Below are positions 49,649-49,960 of a stretch of 49,960 nt of DNA, one piece after another (the first letter of the stretch is position 1; the number at the start of each line of letters is the position of its first letter). Source of the stretch: an uncultured Eubacteriales bacterium (GTDB lineage: Bacteria > Bacillota > Clostridia > Oscillospirales > CAG-272). Under the pieces are notes generated by a model. It was given only the letters and a program-made list of their open reading frames with translations, was not told the origin of the DNA and ran no database searches. The stretch is taken from the NCBI GenBank assembly GCA_949451655.1, contig CASTST010000004.1, forward strand, positions 1 through 49,960, read 5' to 3'. A program made the translations under genes and the position numbers.

Positions 49649-49960
49649 ATGAAGCAAGACAATCAGGCATTGTATTTATTCCACGAAGGAACAAACTACC
49701 GCACCTACGAATATCTTGGTGCCCACCGCATCGGAGATAAATATACTTTCCGTCTTTGGGCACCGGGAGCAGATGCAGTATTTGTTGTAGGCGCATTCAA
49801 TAACTGGGAAGAAACAGATCCCATGACGCGCATTGATCCTGCTGGAGTCTGGGAAGGGGAAATTCCCGCAGATCGCTTTGGAGACGGCTATGGTTACAAA
49901 TACAAGCTGCACACGAAAAAGGGAGACTTGTATAAAGCCGACCCTTATGCCTTTTATGCA
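49649..49960 (+). CDS. glgB: 1,4-alpha-glucan branching enzyme (partial; runs off the window end)
   Basis: Manual translation: MKQDNQALYLFHEGTNYRTYEYLGAH...FRLWAPGADAVFVVGAFNNW...GVWEG...KADPYAF; GGAGG RBS. Confidence 0.9.
   Translation, partial: MKQDNQALYLFHEGTNYRTYEYLGAHRIGDKYTFRLWAPGADAVFVVGAFNNWEETDPMTRIDPAGVWEGEIPADRFGDGYGYKYKLHTKKGDLYKADPYAFYA

Overview
Chromosomal window from a Firmicute, most likely a Clostridia/Oscillospiraceae-like anaerobe (inferred from gene content and sigma-A promoters). It carries housekeeping genes: rsmE (partial), amtB-glnK fusion, frameshifted asd, class III nrdD with trxB, rnpB, gpmI, rimP-nusA-ylxR-L7Ae-infB, alaS, rplJ-rplL, tcdA, rarA, a dac gene, gdhA and glgB (partial). 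It also has two tRNAs, several CAZyme/esterase genes and small AT-rich islets. I found no transposase, integrase or cas gene. The most unusual content is non-coding. (1) A dispersed palindromic repeat family occupies about 10 intergenic loci. Its unit is a CCTCCC..AAAGGGAGG hairpin, a variable hairpin often capped by a GNA/GNNA loop, and GAGGGATTGT. It forms inverted doublets, tandem arrays, a 317-bp element with terminal inverted repeats, and a near-identical direct pair around an SGNH esterase gene. (2) A separate array at 11264-11553 with ~122-bp period alternates two short conserved blocks (TATTATACCAT and AGCCGTCAAT) with unrelated, partly branched hairpins. The main coding oddities are an NrdD with a CC finger loop and a fused CPKC redoxin next to trxB, and an ANTAR-like terminator upstream of amtB-glnK. 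All product calls come from motif recognition by eye; no database searches were run.
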